NCBI GenBank assembly: GCA_035536455.1
Contig: DATLOC010000053.1
Span: 61,095-125,094 of the forward strand
Origin: Thermoanaerobaculia bacterium
GTDB lineage: Bacteria > Acidobacteriota > Thermoanaerobaculia > Multivoradales > UBA5704
DNA: 64,000 nt
Direction: 5' to 3'
Below, one piece after another: positions 28,743 through 37,169 of this stretch (positions are counted from its first letter, which is position 1; every line of letters starts with the position of its first letter). Position numbers and translations under genes: made by a program. The notes under the pieces are model-generated. The model saw only the letters and a list, made by a program, of their open reading frames with translations, did no database searches and was not told the DNA's origin.

Positions 28743-29120
28743 ATGGAGGACAAGGACCTGGGGAGGGCGCTGGAGGTGCTGCGGATCGCCCGCGGCTGGA
28801 CGCAGGACGAGCTGAGCCGCGCGGCGGAGATGCGCGGCAGCTCGATCTCCAGGTACGAGAGCGGCAAGGAGCTGCCGGACGCCGACGCCGTGCGGCGGCT
28901 CGTCGCCGCGCTGGGCTTCGCGCCCGACGCCGTGGAGCGGACGCGGCGGTTCCTGGCCGGGCTGCGCGGGGAGAAAGAGGCGAGTGAGAAAGGCGGAGCG
29001 TCTGAGGCCGAAGCGCCTTCGGCACAGCCGGGCGAGGCGGAACGGCTCGAAGCGGAGATCGACGGCGTCGTCTCCGACCTCGGCCGGGTCCTCCGCGAGC
29101 TCGCGCGCCGCCCCGTTTAG
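28743..29120 (+). CDS. XRE-family helix-turn-helix transcriptional regulator
   Basis: HTH_3 pattern LRIARGWTQDELSRAAEMRGSSISRYESGKELPDADAVRRLVAALG, followed by a low-complexity acidic C-half. The last 20 nt including the stop codon belong to the tandem array. Confidence 0.8.
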   Translation: MEDKDLGRALEVLRIARGWTQDELSRAAEMRGSSISRYESGKELPDADAVRRLVAALGFAPDAVERTRRFLAGLRGEKEASEKGGASEAEAPSAQPGEAERLEAEIDGVVSDLGRVLRELARRPV

Positions 29121-29500
29121 CTCCCGGACGCGCCGTGACCGTCCCGGGCGCCCCGTTTCCGTTGTGGGCGCCCGATTTCCATCGCGGGCGCCCCGTTTCC
29201 TTCGTGGGCGCCCAAGATCCGTCGCGGGCGGCCGATTTCCGTCGCGGGCGCCCCATTTCCCTTCCGGGCGCCCCATCTTCGTCGCGGGCGCCGGATTTCC
29301 GTCCCGGGCGCCCCGTTTTCATTACGGGCGGCCAACTTTCCTCCCGGACGCCCGATCTCCGTGGTCGCCCGCCGATCTCCGTCGCGGGCGCTCCGTGAAC
29401 GTGCCGGGCGCTCGGTTGCCGTCGCCGGCGCGCCGCGACCGTCGCGGGCGCCCCGGGATCCTCCCGGGAGCGCGGCGACCGTCACGGGCCGTTCCGTCAG
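29101..29500. repeat. tandem array of about 20 units of exactly 20 bp, consensus about GTCGCGGGCGCCCCGTTTCC
   Basis: Units start at 29101, 29121, 29141 ... 29481 with no indel. Examples: gtcccgggcgccccgtttcc (29141), atcgcgggcgccccgtttcc (29181), gtcgcgggcgccccatttcc (29241), gtcgcgggcgccggatttcc (29281). Units degrade toward both ends. Confidence 0.9.
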
Positions 29501-30045
29501 CCCACCCGATCCCAGAAGGGCGGGTAGCGCACGACGAGGTCCGCGTCGTCGACCTCGATCTCGGTCGAGAAGCCGGTGGCGCTCTCGTAGCGGAGGCGGC
29601 GGGCGTCGAGCCGGGTGTAGATCTGCGCGAGGAGCTTGACCTCGAGGCTCGGGAAGAGGACCCAGGCGGCGGTGACCTCGCGGCTCTCGCCGGGCGCGAG
29701 CGGGAGGCGGCGGAGCGGCAGGGTGTTGGTGGCCGGGGTGAGGCTGAGGTCCACGTCGAGGCAGCCGGCGACCGCCGGCAGCTCCTCGCCGCCCGCCCGC
29801 CACCGCCCCTCGCCATCGGCGTCGAGCTCCAGCTGCCGCGCCTCCCCGCCGTGCGCCATGAGGACCCGCACCCGCCGCGTCCGCCAGCTAGCGTCACACT
29901 CGATCTCGTACTCGACGTGCAGCGGTGTCCCCTCGTGCGCCAGGAGGATGGTGCCGGCGAGCCGCGGCCCGTCCGGTCCTTCGACCAGCCGGAAGTGCTC
30001 AAGCCCGGGGACGTCCAGCCGCCGCCAGAGAAAAGTGACGCTCAG
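29497..30045 (-). CDS. putative glycolipid-binding domain protein (PF06475/DUF1089-like)
   Basis: FLWRRLDVPGLEHFRL...YEIECDASWRTRRVRV...CLDVDLSLTPATNTLPLRRLPL...AAWVLFPSLEV...YTRLDARRLRYES...YPPFWDRV matches the family pattern as I recall it. There is no ATG/GTG/TTG near the family N-terminus. I provisionally placed the start at CTG 30045, which overlaps the PBP1A stop (CTGA). Confidence 0.65.
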   Translation of the reverse strand: MSVTFLWRRLDVPGLEHFRLVEGPDGPRLAGTILLAHEGTPLHVEYEIECDASWRTRRVRVLMAHGGEARQLELDADGEGRWRAGGEELPAVAGCLDVDLSLTPATNTLPLRRLPLAPGESREVTAAWVLFPSLEVKLLAQIYTRLDARRLRYESATGFSTEIEVDDADLVVRYPPFWDRVG

Positions 30046-32525
30046 CGCCCGCCGTCCTCCGGCGGCTCCTCGTCGCCGCGCTCCTCGTCCTCGCCGCGCT
30101 CCTCGTCGTCCTCGTCGTCGCCGAAGACTTTCTTCAGCCAGCGCCGGATCGGGTGGCGGCGCTCGGCGCGCTCGCCGCGTTGGGCCGGCGCCACCGCGTC
30201 CTCGATCGCCTCGCCGGCGTCGTCGAAGACCGCCCACTCCTCCGTCCAGCCGCGGTGGCGGTCGCAGACCTGGTCGGGGACGTCGCCTTCGCGGAAGACC
30301 TCGGTCAGCACGTAGGGGCAGAACTCGGTGGCCAGGAGGCCGGTCGTCGGGTCGATGACGGCGGTGGAAACCCCCGGCGGCTGGTCGAAGGCCGGGTAGC
30401 CGCCGGCCGGCGCCACCGCCTTGGCGAAGCGCGCCCAGACCGGCACCGCGCCGCGCGCGCCGGAGAGGCGGGTCGGCGAGTTGTCGTCGTAGCCGACCCA
30501 GACGGCGGAGGCGCGGTTGGGCGAGTAGCCGACGAACCAGCTGTCGCGGCGGTCGTTGGTGGTGCCGGTCTTGCCGGCCACCTCGCCGCGCACCCCCCAG
30601 GAGCGGACGCCGCGGCCGGTGCCGCGGTCCACGACGCCCTGGAGGATCGAGGTCAGGAGGTAGGCCGTCTGCGGCGTCAGCACCCGCGCGTGCTGCGGCA
30701 ACTCCGTGCCGGTCACCGGCTTGCTATAGCGGTCGTAGACGGCCGCGAGACCGTGTACCGGCGGGCGCACGCCGCCGGCCGCGAGGGTCGCGAAGACGGT
30801 CACCAGCTCGAGCGGCGTCACCTCGGCCGCGCCCAGCGCCACCGACGGGTTGGGCGCCAGCTCCCCCTCGACGCCGAGGTAGTTGGCGTAGTCGACGATC
30901 CGCTCGATCCCCACCTGCAGCGCCAGCCGCGCCGTCGCCGGGTTGTAGCTCCGCTCGAGCGCCGTGCGCACGGTCACCCAGTCGTGGAAGCTGCCGTCGT
31001 CGTTCTTCGGCCGCCAGGGGCGGCCGGCGAGGCGCACGGTGAGCGGCGAGTCCTCCAAGAAGGAAGCCGGCGTAGCGTGCCCGGTCTCGAAGGCCGCGGC
31101 GTAGACGATCGGCTTGAAGGCGCTGCCGGCCTGGCGCTCGGCGCGGCCGGCGCGGTCGAACTGGCTGGCGCCGTACTGCCGGCCGCCGACGTAGGCGAGG
31201 ATGCCGCCGGTGCGCGGGTCGAGCGAGACCAGCGCCGCCTGCAGCGGCCCCGTCGCCTTGCTCCGCCGCTCGTAGGCCTTCTCGACCGCCGCCAGGCCCT
31301 CCTCGACCGCCTCCTGCGCCGCCCGCTGGTCGCTCCAGCCGAGGGTCGAGAAGAGGGTGAAGCCGGCGTCCTCCAGCGACTCGACGCCGTAGCGGCGCTC
31401 GGCCTCGGCGGCCATGGCGTCGGCGAAATAGGGGGCGCGGCGGCGGAAGACCGGCGAGGGGTCGACGGCCAGCGGCTCGGCGAGCGCCCGCTCGACGCGC
31501 TGCCCGTCCACCCGGCCGAGCGCCGCCAGGCGGTGCAGCACCCAGTCGCGCCGCGCCTTGGCGCGCTCGGGGTGGTGGAGCGGCGAGTAGGGCGCGGGGG
31601 CGCGGATGACGCCGGCCAGCGTCGCCGCCTCGTGCAGCGCGAGCTGCGAGGCGTCCTTGCCGAAGAAGGCGCGCGAGGCGGCGCCGACGCCGATCAGGTT
31701 GACGCCGCCGGCCGACCCCAGGTAGATCTCGTTGAGGTACGCCTCGAGGATCGCCCGCTTGCCGTAGCGCAGCTCGAGGAGGAGCGCCAGCACCAGCTCC
31801 TGCCCCTTGCGCACGAAGGTCCGCTCCTGGGTCAGGTAGAGGTTCTTGACCAGCTGCTGGGTCAGCGTGCTGCCGCCCTGCCGCACCTCGCCGCCGCGGT
31901 AGTTCACCCAGGCGGCGCGCGCGATGCCGGAGAGCGAGACGCCGGGGTGGCGGAAGAAGCTGTCGTCCTCGGCCGCCAGGACCGCCTCGATCAGGTCTTC
32001 GGGGACGGCGTCCACCACGACCGGCCGCCGCTCCTGGTGATCGCTGCCGTAGTAAGTGTGGAGGAGCGGCGGCTCGAGCCAGGCGGCCTCGACCGCGGCG
32101 CCGTCCTTCGCCACCTTGGTCACCCGGCTACCGCGGAAGCCGACCTCGAGGAGGCCGCCGCCCGCGGCGCCTTCCGGCGTCACGAACTCGCGCAGGTGGA
32201 CGGCCAGGCCGTTGCGGTAGGGGCGGTAGCGGCCGCCGAGCAGCGGCTCGGTCGTGTCGTCCTTCTGGTAGCCGTCGGCGGCGAGCTCGCGGATCAGCCG
32301 GTCGCGCGACAGCGCCCGGCCCTCGTAGAGGCGCACCGGCGCGGCGTAGAGACGGGAGGGCTGGAGGTAGGTGAGGTCGTCGAACTGGCCGGAGAGGCGC
32401 CAGAACGGCCAGATGACGAAACCCGCGAGCAGCGCGAAGCCGGCCAGGACGAGGAGCAGCCGGCGGGCCCGCCGGCGCCGGTCCTCCGGGGCCGGACGGC
32501 CTGCGTACTGCGGTTTGCGGGTCAT
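30042..32525 (-). CDS. mrcA: penicillin-binding protein 1A (bifunctional glycosyltransferase/transpeptidase)
   Basis: N-terminal TM anchor. GT51 motif RQGGSTLTQQLVKNLYL. Transpeptidase SxxK (GSAFKP) and KTG (AGKTGTTND). Acidic Glu/Asp-rich C-terminal tail. Confidence 0.92.
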   Translation of the reverse strand: MTRKPQYAGRPAPEDRRRRARRLLLVLAGFALLAGFVIWPFWRLSGQFDDLTYLQPSRLYAAPVRLYEGRALSRDRLIRELAADGYQKDDTTEPLLGGRYRPYRNGLAVHLREFVTPEGAAGGGLLEVGFRGSRVTKVAKDGAAVEAAWLEPPLLHTYYGSDHQERRPVVVDAVPEDLIEAVLAAEDDSFFRHPGVSLSGIARAAWVNYRGGEVRQGGSTLTQQLVKNLYLTQERTFVRKGQELVLALLLELRYGKRAILEAYLNEIYLGSAGGVNLIGVGAASRAFFGKDASQLALHEAATLAGVIRAPAPYSPLHHPERAKARRDWVLHRLAALGRVDGQRVERALAEPLAVDPSPVFRRRAPYFADAMAAEAERRYGVESLEDAGFTLFSTLGWSDQRAAQEAVEEGLAAVEKAYERRSKATGPLQAALVSLDPRTGGILAYVGGRQYGASQFDRAGRAERQAGSAFKPIVYAAAFETGHATPASFLEDSPLTVRLAGRPWRPKNDDGSFHDWVTVRTALERSYNPATARLALQVGIERIVDYANYLGVEGELAPNPSVALGAAEVTPLELVTVFATLAAGGVRPPVHGLAAVYDRYSKPVTGTELPQHARVLTPQTAYLLTSILQGVVDRGTGRGVRSWGVRGEVAGKTGTTNDRRDSWFVGYSPNRASAVWVGYDDNSPTRLSGARGAVPVWARFAKAVAPAGGYPAFDQPPGVSTAVIDPTTGLLATEFCPYVLTEVFREGDVPDQVCDRHRGWTEEWAVFDDAGEAIEDAVAPAQRGERAERRHPIRRWLKKVFGDDEDDEERGEDEERGDEEPPEDGGR

Positions 32526-32615
32526 CGGCGGGACTTTACGCCTAACCGCCGGCCGTCCGTATCAGGCGGCCGGCGGTCGGATCGCACCGGGGAAGTGCAA
32601 GCGGCGCACCACGGG

Positions 32616-33671
32616 CTAGGGCGCGATGTACCCCTCGAAGATCGCGTCCCACGTCAGGTTCGGGTTCCCCGCCGGCGCGGCCGAGTTGAAGGAGAAGGCG
32701 TAGACCTGCGTGTCGATCTGGACGTTCGGCACGTCGAAGATCGAAAGCCAGCCCGCCAGGGTACCGGTGATCTGGCTGTTCTCGATCACGTTGACGACGT
32801 GGTCGAGCCGGATCGTGGTGTTCTGGACGGCGTTGCCGTCCTCGTCGTACTGCCGAAAAGTGTAGGCGGAGGCGCAAGGAGCCGCGTCGCAGAAGACCGA
32901 GGGGCCCTCCGTGAGGCCCGGCTTCCAGGTGAAGATCACCGCCCGGCTGCTGCCGCTCAGCGGCGTCGAGCGGAAGATCCGCAGATGGAAGCGGTCGATG
33001 TCTTCGTCGTCCGACTCCGTCGCGCAGCCCGTGGTTCCGGCCGGGTTCGTCGCGAGCTGCTGCGCGCAGAAGCGGGCGGTCGAGTCGATCTCCTCCCGGT
33101 TGTCGCCGGTGCTGTAGAAACCCCTCATGAAGCTGTCGGTGGTAGCGGGAACATTCTCCAGCGGCACCATCGCCAGCCCGTTCGCCGAGCCCTGGGAGAG
33201 GCGTGTGTAGTAGATGAAACCCTCGAGTGCGTTGGTGCTGCCGAACGGATAGCCGCCCTGCAGCGGGTTGAGCGCCGTCGCCGCGGTGACGATGTCGATG
33301 GTCATGAAGCCGCGGTAGAACGAGCCCTCGGTGAGCTGGGTGCGGACGGCCGGCGCGGCGGTGTTGATCAGGTCGCGCATCGCCGCGCTCCAGGAGTCCA
33401 GGGCGTTGAGGGTGATGTTGCCGTTGAGACCGGTCGCGTTGCCGTCGACGTCCCAGACGTGGTAGTGGAACGTGAGGGTGGCGATCAGCCAGTTGGTCAC
33501 CACCAGCAGCGTGTCGTGCGGATGGGTCGTGGAATCGATCCCGGTCTCGAAGAAGGGGACCAGCAGGGTGGCGGCGGGCACCCGGTCGGCGGCGCCGGGG
33601 ACGGCCAGGGCCGGCGCGGCCAGGGTCAGGGCCAGGAGCAGGAAGCAGGCTGCACAGAGCGATCGCTTCAT
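32616..33671 (-). CDS. secreted protein of unknown function, paralogous to the C-domain of 9917..11998
   Basis: ATG 33671 follows GGAGGAGA. Signal peptide MKRSLCAACFLLLALTLAAPALA. Shared blocks with the other protein: [11 protein letters not shown] vs [11 protein letters not shown]; GFMTIDIV vs GYVTVDVV; LEGFIYY vs LLGEYAY; AVIFTWK vs TVLTVWR; GWLSIF vs GWTEID. Confidence 0.7.
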   Translation of the reverse strand: MKRSLCAACFLLLALTLAAPALAVPGAADRVPAATLLVPFFETGIDSTTHPHDTLLVVTNWLIATLTFHYHVWDVDGNATGLNGNITLNALDSWSAAMRDLINTAAPAVRTQLTEGSFYRGFMTIDIVTAATALNPLQGGYPFGSTNALEGFIYYTRLSQGSANGLAMVPLENVPATTDSFMRGFYSTGDNREEIDSTARFCAQQLATNPAGTTGCATESDDEDIDRFHLRIFRSTPLSGSSRAVIFTWKPGLTEGPSVFCDAAPCASAYTFRQYDEDGNAVQNTTIRLDHVVNVIENSQITGTLAGWLSIFDVPNVQIDTQVYAFSFNSAAPAGNPNLTWDAIFEGYIAP

Positions 33672-33799
33672 CGAGCTCTCCTCCAGGTTGGCGTGGACGG
33701 GAGGAGGAACGCCTCCCGACGCGGGTGCGGCATGACGGACGGTTAGGCTGTCGCAGCCTAGCACCCGTTACACCCAACCTGGAGGAGCGCCTGTCCGTC

Positions 33800-34510
33800 T
33801 CAGAACCTCCAGGTGAGGCCGGCGGCGATGTCGCGGCCGGAGAGGTCGAGGTCGCCGAAGCCCTCGAAGTCGTCCCCCAGCTCGTCCTCGGCGCGCTGCC
33901 AGCGCCCTTCGGCGAAGAGAGCGACGCTGCGGCTCACCGGCACTTCGAGGCCGGCGAGCAGGTAGTAGCCGAAGGTCTCCCCCTCGGCGATGAAGGTCCC
34001 CGAGAAGATCTCCTCCGGCGGCGGGTTGAAGTCGATGAAGTCGCCGGACTCCTCGAAGCTGTAGCTGTAGAGGCCGCCGCCGGCACCGACGTAGGGCCGG
34101 ATCACCGCCTCGGGGCCGGTGAAGTGGAAGGTGGCGCCGAGGGTCAGCGACGTGATGTCGAGCGAGGTGGTGTGCTCGATGTCGTCGCCGAACTCGTCGG
34201 TGAAGTCGATGTAGTGCTGGTCGGTCTCGCCGGTGAAGGCGGTGCCCCCGAAGAGGAGCGAGAAGTGCGGTGTGACGTCGAGGCGGTAGTCGAGGCCGAA
34301 GGAGAGGTCATCCATGTCCTCGGCCCCGCCCGTGAAGTCGAGCGCCTTCTCGTCCCAGTAGGACGAATCCCCCTCCGGCACGAAGCCGCCGACGCGCAGG
34401 CGGAGGGCGTGGTCGGCGGGGTCGCCGCCGCGATGGCGGCCGTGCCGCTGGGCCGCCGCCGGAGCGGCCGCCAGGAGCAAGAGGACGACAGCGACGATGG
34501 AGCGCTTCAT
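33800..34510 (-). CDS. outer-membrane beta-barrel protein (OmpW/porin-like, 8-10 strands)
   Basis: ATG 34510 with signal peptide MKRSIVAVVLLLLAAAPAAAQ. It has an alternating hydrophobic strand pattern and a C-terminal aromatic end (...AAGLTWRF). Confidence 0.7.
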   Translation of the reverse strand: MKRSIVAVVLLLLAAAPAAAQRHGRHRGGDPADHALRLRVGGFVPEGDSSYWDEKALDFTGGAEDMDDLSFGLDYRLDVTPHFSLLFGGTAFTGETDQHYIDFTDEFGDDIEHTTSLDITSLTLGATFHFTGPEAVIRPYVGAGGGLYSYSFEESGDFIDFNPPPEEIFSGTFIAEGETFGYYLLAGLEVPVSRSVALFAEGRWQRAEDELGDDFEGFGDLDLSGRDIAAGLTWRF

Positions 34511-34656
34511 GTTCGTTTCTCCTTGCCCGTCGTAGGGACGGTGCTGGCGCGGCGGCGGGAGCAACCGCGGTGCCAGAGCGGCGCGATCGCGGGAAATGAC
34601 TGTGCGCGAAGAGTTTGCGGTGAAATGCCTGCGCCGCCGGCGGGCGCGAACGACCT

Positions 34657-35031
34657 CTAGAGAGGACGGCGGGCGCGGCGCGCGTCGATGAACGACTTGA
34701 CGCAGAGGACGACGAAGACGAGCGAGAGGAGCGCCATCGCCGCCTGCTCGAGGACCGCGTTGCGCCGCGCCACCTCGCCGCCGCCCAGGAGCGCGAAGGC
34801 GCGCAGCAGTCCGGGGAGGCCGCCCAGGAAGGCAAGCAGCCCGAGTGCCGCGGCGCCGTGCATGGCGTGCTTCAAGAGGTGTTCGCGCCGGGCGAGGACG
34901 CCGCAGGCGACGACAAGGACGCCGAAGAAGGCGGGGATGAGCGCGGTGACGCTCTCCTGCCCGGTTCCGAAGTAGAACCCCGCGCCGAGCGCGATCAGCA
35001 GCACTCCGTAGGCGATGGTGACGGCCGGCAT
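34657..35031 (-). CDS. hypothetical 4-TM membrane protein
   Basis: 124-aa ORF with four hydrophobic helices (VTIAYGVLLIALGAGFYF, LIPAFFGVLVVACGVLA, AAALGLLAFLGGLPGLL, AAMALLSLVFVVLCV). Confidence 0.55.
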   Translation of the reverse strand: MPAVTIAYGVLLIALGAGFYFGTGQESVTALIPAFFGVLVVACGVLARREHLLKHAMHGAAALGLLAFLGGLPGLLRAFALLGGGEVARRNAVLEQAAMALLSLVFVVLCVKSFIDARRARRPL

Positions 35032-35122
35032 GGTGCGCAGCCTAGCACCGGTAAGCTCGCGCCCATGCTCCCGCTCCTCGAGACCGAGCGGCTACGAGCT
35101 GCGCTGGTCGTAGGTGCCAACC

Positions 35123-36910
35123 TCATGGCCTCGCGCCCAGCGCTTGCGCGAAGCGGCGCCGCAGCTCCTTCTCGACCGCCTTGGTGTTCTGATCGATCAG
35201 CCCGGGGACGTCGTCCGTGGATTCGTCGGCCAGGGAGGACGCGTACTCGTGGATCTCCTCGCCAGCCGCCGCCAGGAGCCCTCTCAGCTCCTCGTCCTCG
35301 AGCTCTTCGGCGATGATGCTCATGACCCCGCGGTCGAGCCCCGGCGCCTCCGCCGTCTGGTACTTGCGGACCAGCCAGGACAGCGCCTGGTCTCCCGCCC
35401 ACGGCCGGATGATCGCGAAGAGACTGAGCTCGGCCTCGGTGAGGCGGGGCGCCGCCTCGAAGGCCTCGCTCAGCCGCTCCTTTTGCTCGCCGGTCAGGAA
35501 CGCGGCGAGGAGGGCCGGAGCCGGCTCGCTCTCGAACGAGCCGCCCTCGGCGAGGAAACGGGTGACGACCGCCCGCAGGTCCTCGGCCGTGTGCTCGGTC
35601 GAGGTACCTCGCCGCTCTGCGAGCTCTCCGAGCGACCACAGGGCGTAGCTCAGCTCGACGGTCGCTTCGTGCCGGGTCAGCGGCTCCTCGAGCGTCGCAA
35701 CCAACCACTCCACGAGGTCGGCGGGATGCGGCGCGCCGCGGCGCAGCAGCCGCGCCAGCGCCGACAGCCGCTCGCCGTAGGCCGCGAGCTCGGCTGCCGG
35801 CAGCGCCTTGAGGCCGAAGTGGTAGTCGGCGGACTCGTAGACCACCCTCCGGCTGCTCCCGTCGTCGCGGGTCCTGAGAAACGCCAGCACCTTGGTACCC
35901 GGCGCGAAGCCTCCCTCCTTCTCAGCCTCGACCTCGACGTGGTGGACGCGGATGCTGCGGCCGGGCGCACTGCCCTTCAAGGTGGTGCCGACGACGAAGT
36001 CCGTCGCCACCTCGCTGAAGCCCTCGTCCTGCTGGCGCGGAGCCGCAACGCCCACCCGCTGGCGAAAAAGGACCGGCTGGACATGCCGGCCTCGCGCCTG
36101 CACGACCGAGGGGCCGGCGGTAGCCAGCACCACCAGCTCGCTGTCCTCGAACAGTCGGCGGAGCGGTTCCTGCGCCACGACCATCACCCCTCCGAGAACG
36201 CCCCCCTCGTCACCGATGGCCGAGCCTTGCATGGCGACCTCTCGCCGCTCGCCGGGATTGAGCACGATGTCCGACTGCGGGGCGACCGCGAACCCCTCCA
36301 CCCAGGCCTCGAGGTCGTACACCCCGGATCCCAAGCCGTCGAACGCGAACTCGCCGTCGGCGGCGGTCGTCGCCGAGTGCTGCCGGCCGTCGAACGCGTT
36401 GCGCGCCACCACCTCCACGCCCGGAAGCGGGGCACCCGTTGCCACGTCGGCGATCCGGCCACGCAGGCCGGCGCCGTTCGCGGTCGGCCGCTGCGGTCGG
36501 GCGCCCTCCGGCTTCGCGCCCTGCTCGGGCGAACCCGGCGCCGTGGATGCAGCCGGCGGCGGGGCAGGCCCGGCGGCGACGGAGGTGCCAAGACCCAGGA
36601 AGCCGCTGACGACGGCAGCGGCGACCGGCGACGCCCGCCAGGGGCCGGGGTTGGCAGCCGCCGGCGGCGGACCGGGATCCAAGGTGACGATGCGCCCGTG
36701 GCTGTCCCGGGTGATGCGGGCGCACAAATGGCCGCGGCTCGCCTCGATCAGAGCCGCGATCTCGCGCGGCGTCATCTGGCCGAGATCATGGACCTGCCGC
36801 TCGCACTCCCGGCAGTACCGTCGCCGCTCGTCGCCCTGCATCCCGTCCCACGCCGTCGAGCATGGCGATCCGATCGCCAGCCGGCTCAGCTTCTCGTTCC
36901 TGGTCGTCAC
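35123..36910 (-). CDS. hypothetical protein with N-terminal Cys-rich motif, carboxypeptidase-regulatory-like (CarboxypepD_reg) domain and large helical C-domain
   Basis: N-terminal CSTAWDGMQGDERRRYCRECERQVHDLGQMTPREIAALI pattern. LRGRIADVATGAPLPGVEVVARN...ADGEFAFDGLGSGVYDLEA is a typical CarboxypepD_reg beta-sandwich. Start at GTG 36910 (or ORF-track 36961). Confidence 0.7.
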   Translation of the reverse strand: MTTRNEKLSRLAIGSPCSTAWDGMQGDERRRYCRECERQVHDLGQMTPREIAALIEASRGHLCARITRDSHGRIVTLDPGPPPAAANPGPWRASPVAAAVVSGFLGLGTSVAAGPAPPPAASTAPGSPEQGAKPEGARPQRPTANGAGLRGRIADVATGAPLPGVEVVARNAFDGRQHSATTAADGEFAFDGLGSGVYDLEAWVEGFAVAPQSDIVLNPGERREVAMQGSAIGDEGGVLGGVMVVAQEPLRRLFEDSELVVLATAGPSVVQARGRHVQPVLFRQRVGVAAPRQQDEGFSEVATDFVVGTTLKGSAPGRSIRVHHVEVEAEKEGGFAPGTKVLAFLRTRDDGSSRRVVYESADYHFGLKALPAAELAAYGERLSALARLLRRGAPHPADLVEWLVATLEEPLTRHEATVELSYALWSLGELAERRGTSTEHTAEDLRAVVTRFLAEGGSFESEPAPALLAAFLTGEQKERLSEAFEAAPRLTEAELSLFAIIRPWAGDQALSWLVRKYQTAEAPGLDRGVMSIIAEELEDEELRGLLAAAGEEIHEYASSLADESTDDVPGLIDQNTKAVEKELRRRFAQALGARP

Positions 36911-37097
36911 GGCACACCACCTTTCACCAAGCTCGTGCTCGGCGCGAGGTGCAAGCCACACACCAGGCCCTCGCGCGCGGCGGACCTTCAGTTAGACGCA
37001 ACAATCTGGTTTCAAGCAACCGAATGTCTCCACGATGATGAACGGGGGCGAGCTCGGCCTTGCGCCCTCCCGCCCCTTTCGCTACCATCCCGCCGAG

Positions 37098-37117
37098 CTT
37101 GTGACGGTTGTCACAAG
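37098..37117. promoter_or_regulatory. CRP/FNR-superfamily-type operator: CTTGTGAC-GGTT-GTCACAAG (contains TGTGA-N6-TCACA)
   Basis: Perfect 8-bp inverted arms with a 4-bp spacer, centred about 62 bp upstream of the actA start codon (37170), in the only sizeable non-coding gap before the respiratory cluster. Confidence 0.55.
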
Positions 37118-37169
37118 TGGGGTGCTTCGATAAGGTCGCTGCGCCACGGCGGGAGGGAGAGCGCGCCGG

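Noticed and set aside
29101-29500. CRISPR array interpretation of the two tandem arrays (also 51888..52265)
   Set aside because: Units are contiguous with no unique spacers, the period is only 20-21 bp, the repeats are degenerate rather than identical, and there are no cas genes in the window.
28126-30315. Several overlapping ORFs on both strands running through the 20-bp array (28126..29322, 28617..29276, 29117..29803, 29322..30002, 28984..30315, 29135..29398, 29361..29639)
   Set aside because: A 20-bp period cannot maintain a reading frame at the unit level. All frames are open simply because the unit lacks stop codons. The ORFs overlap real flanking genes in other frames. I treat the region as a non-coding repeat, although a 60-nt/20-aa periodic product cannot be formally excluded.
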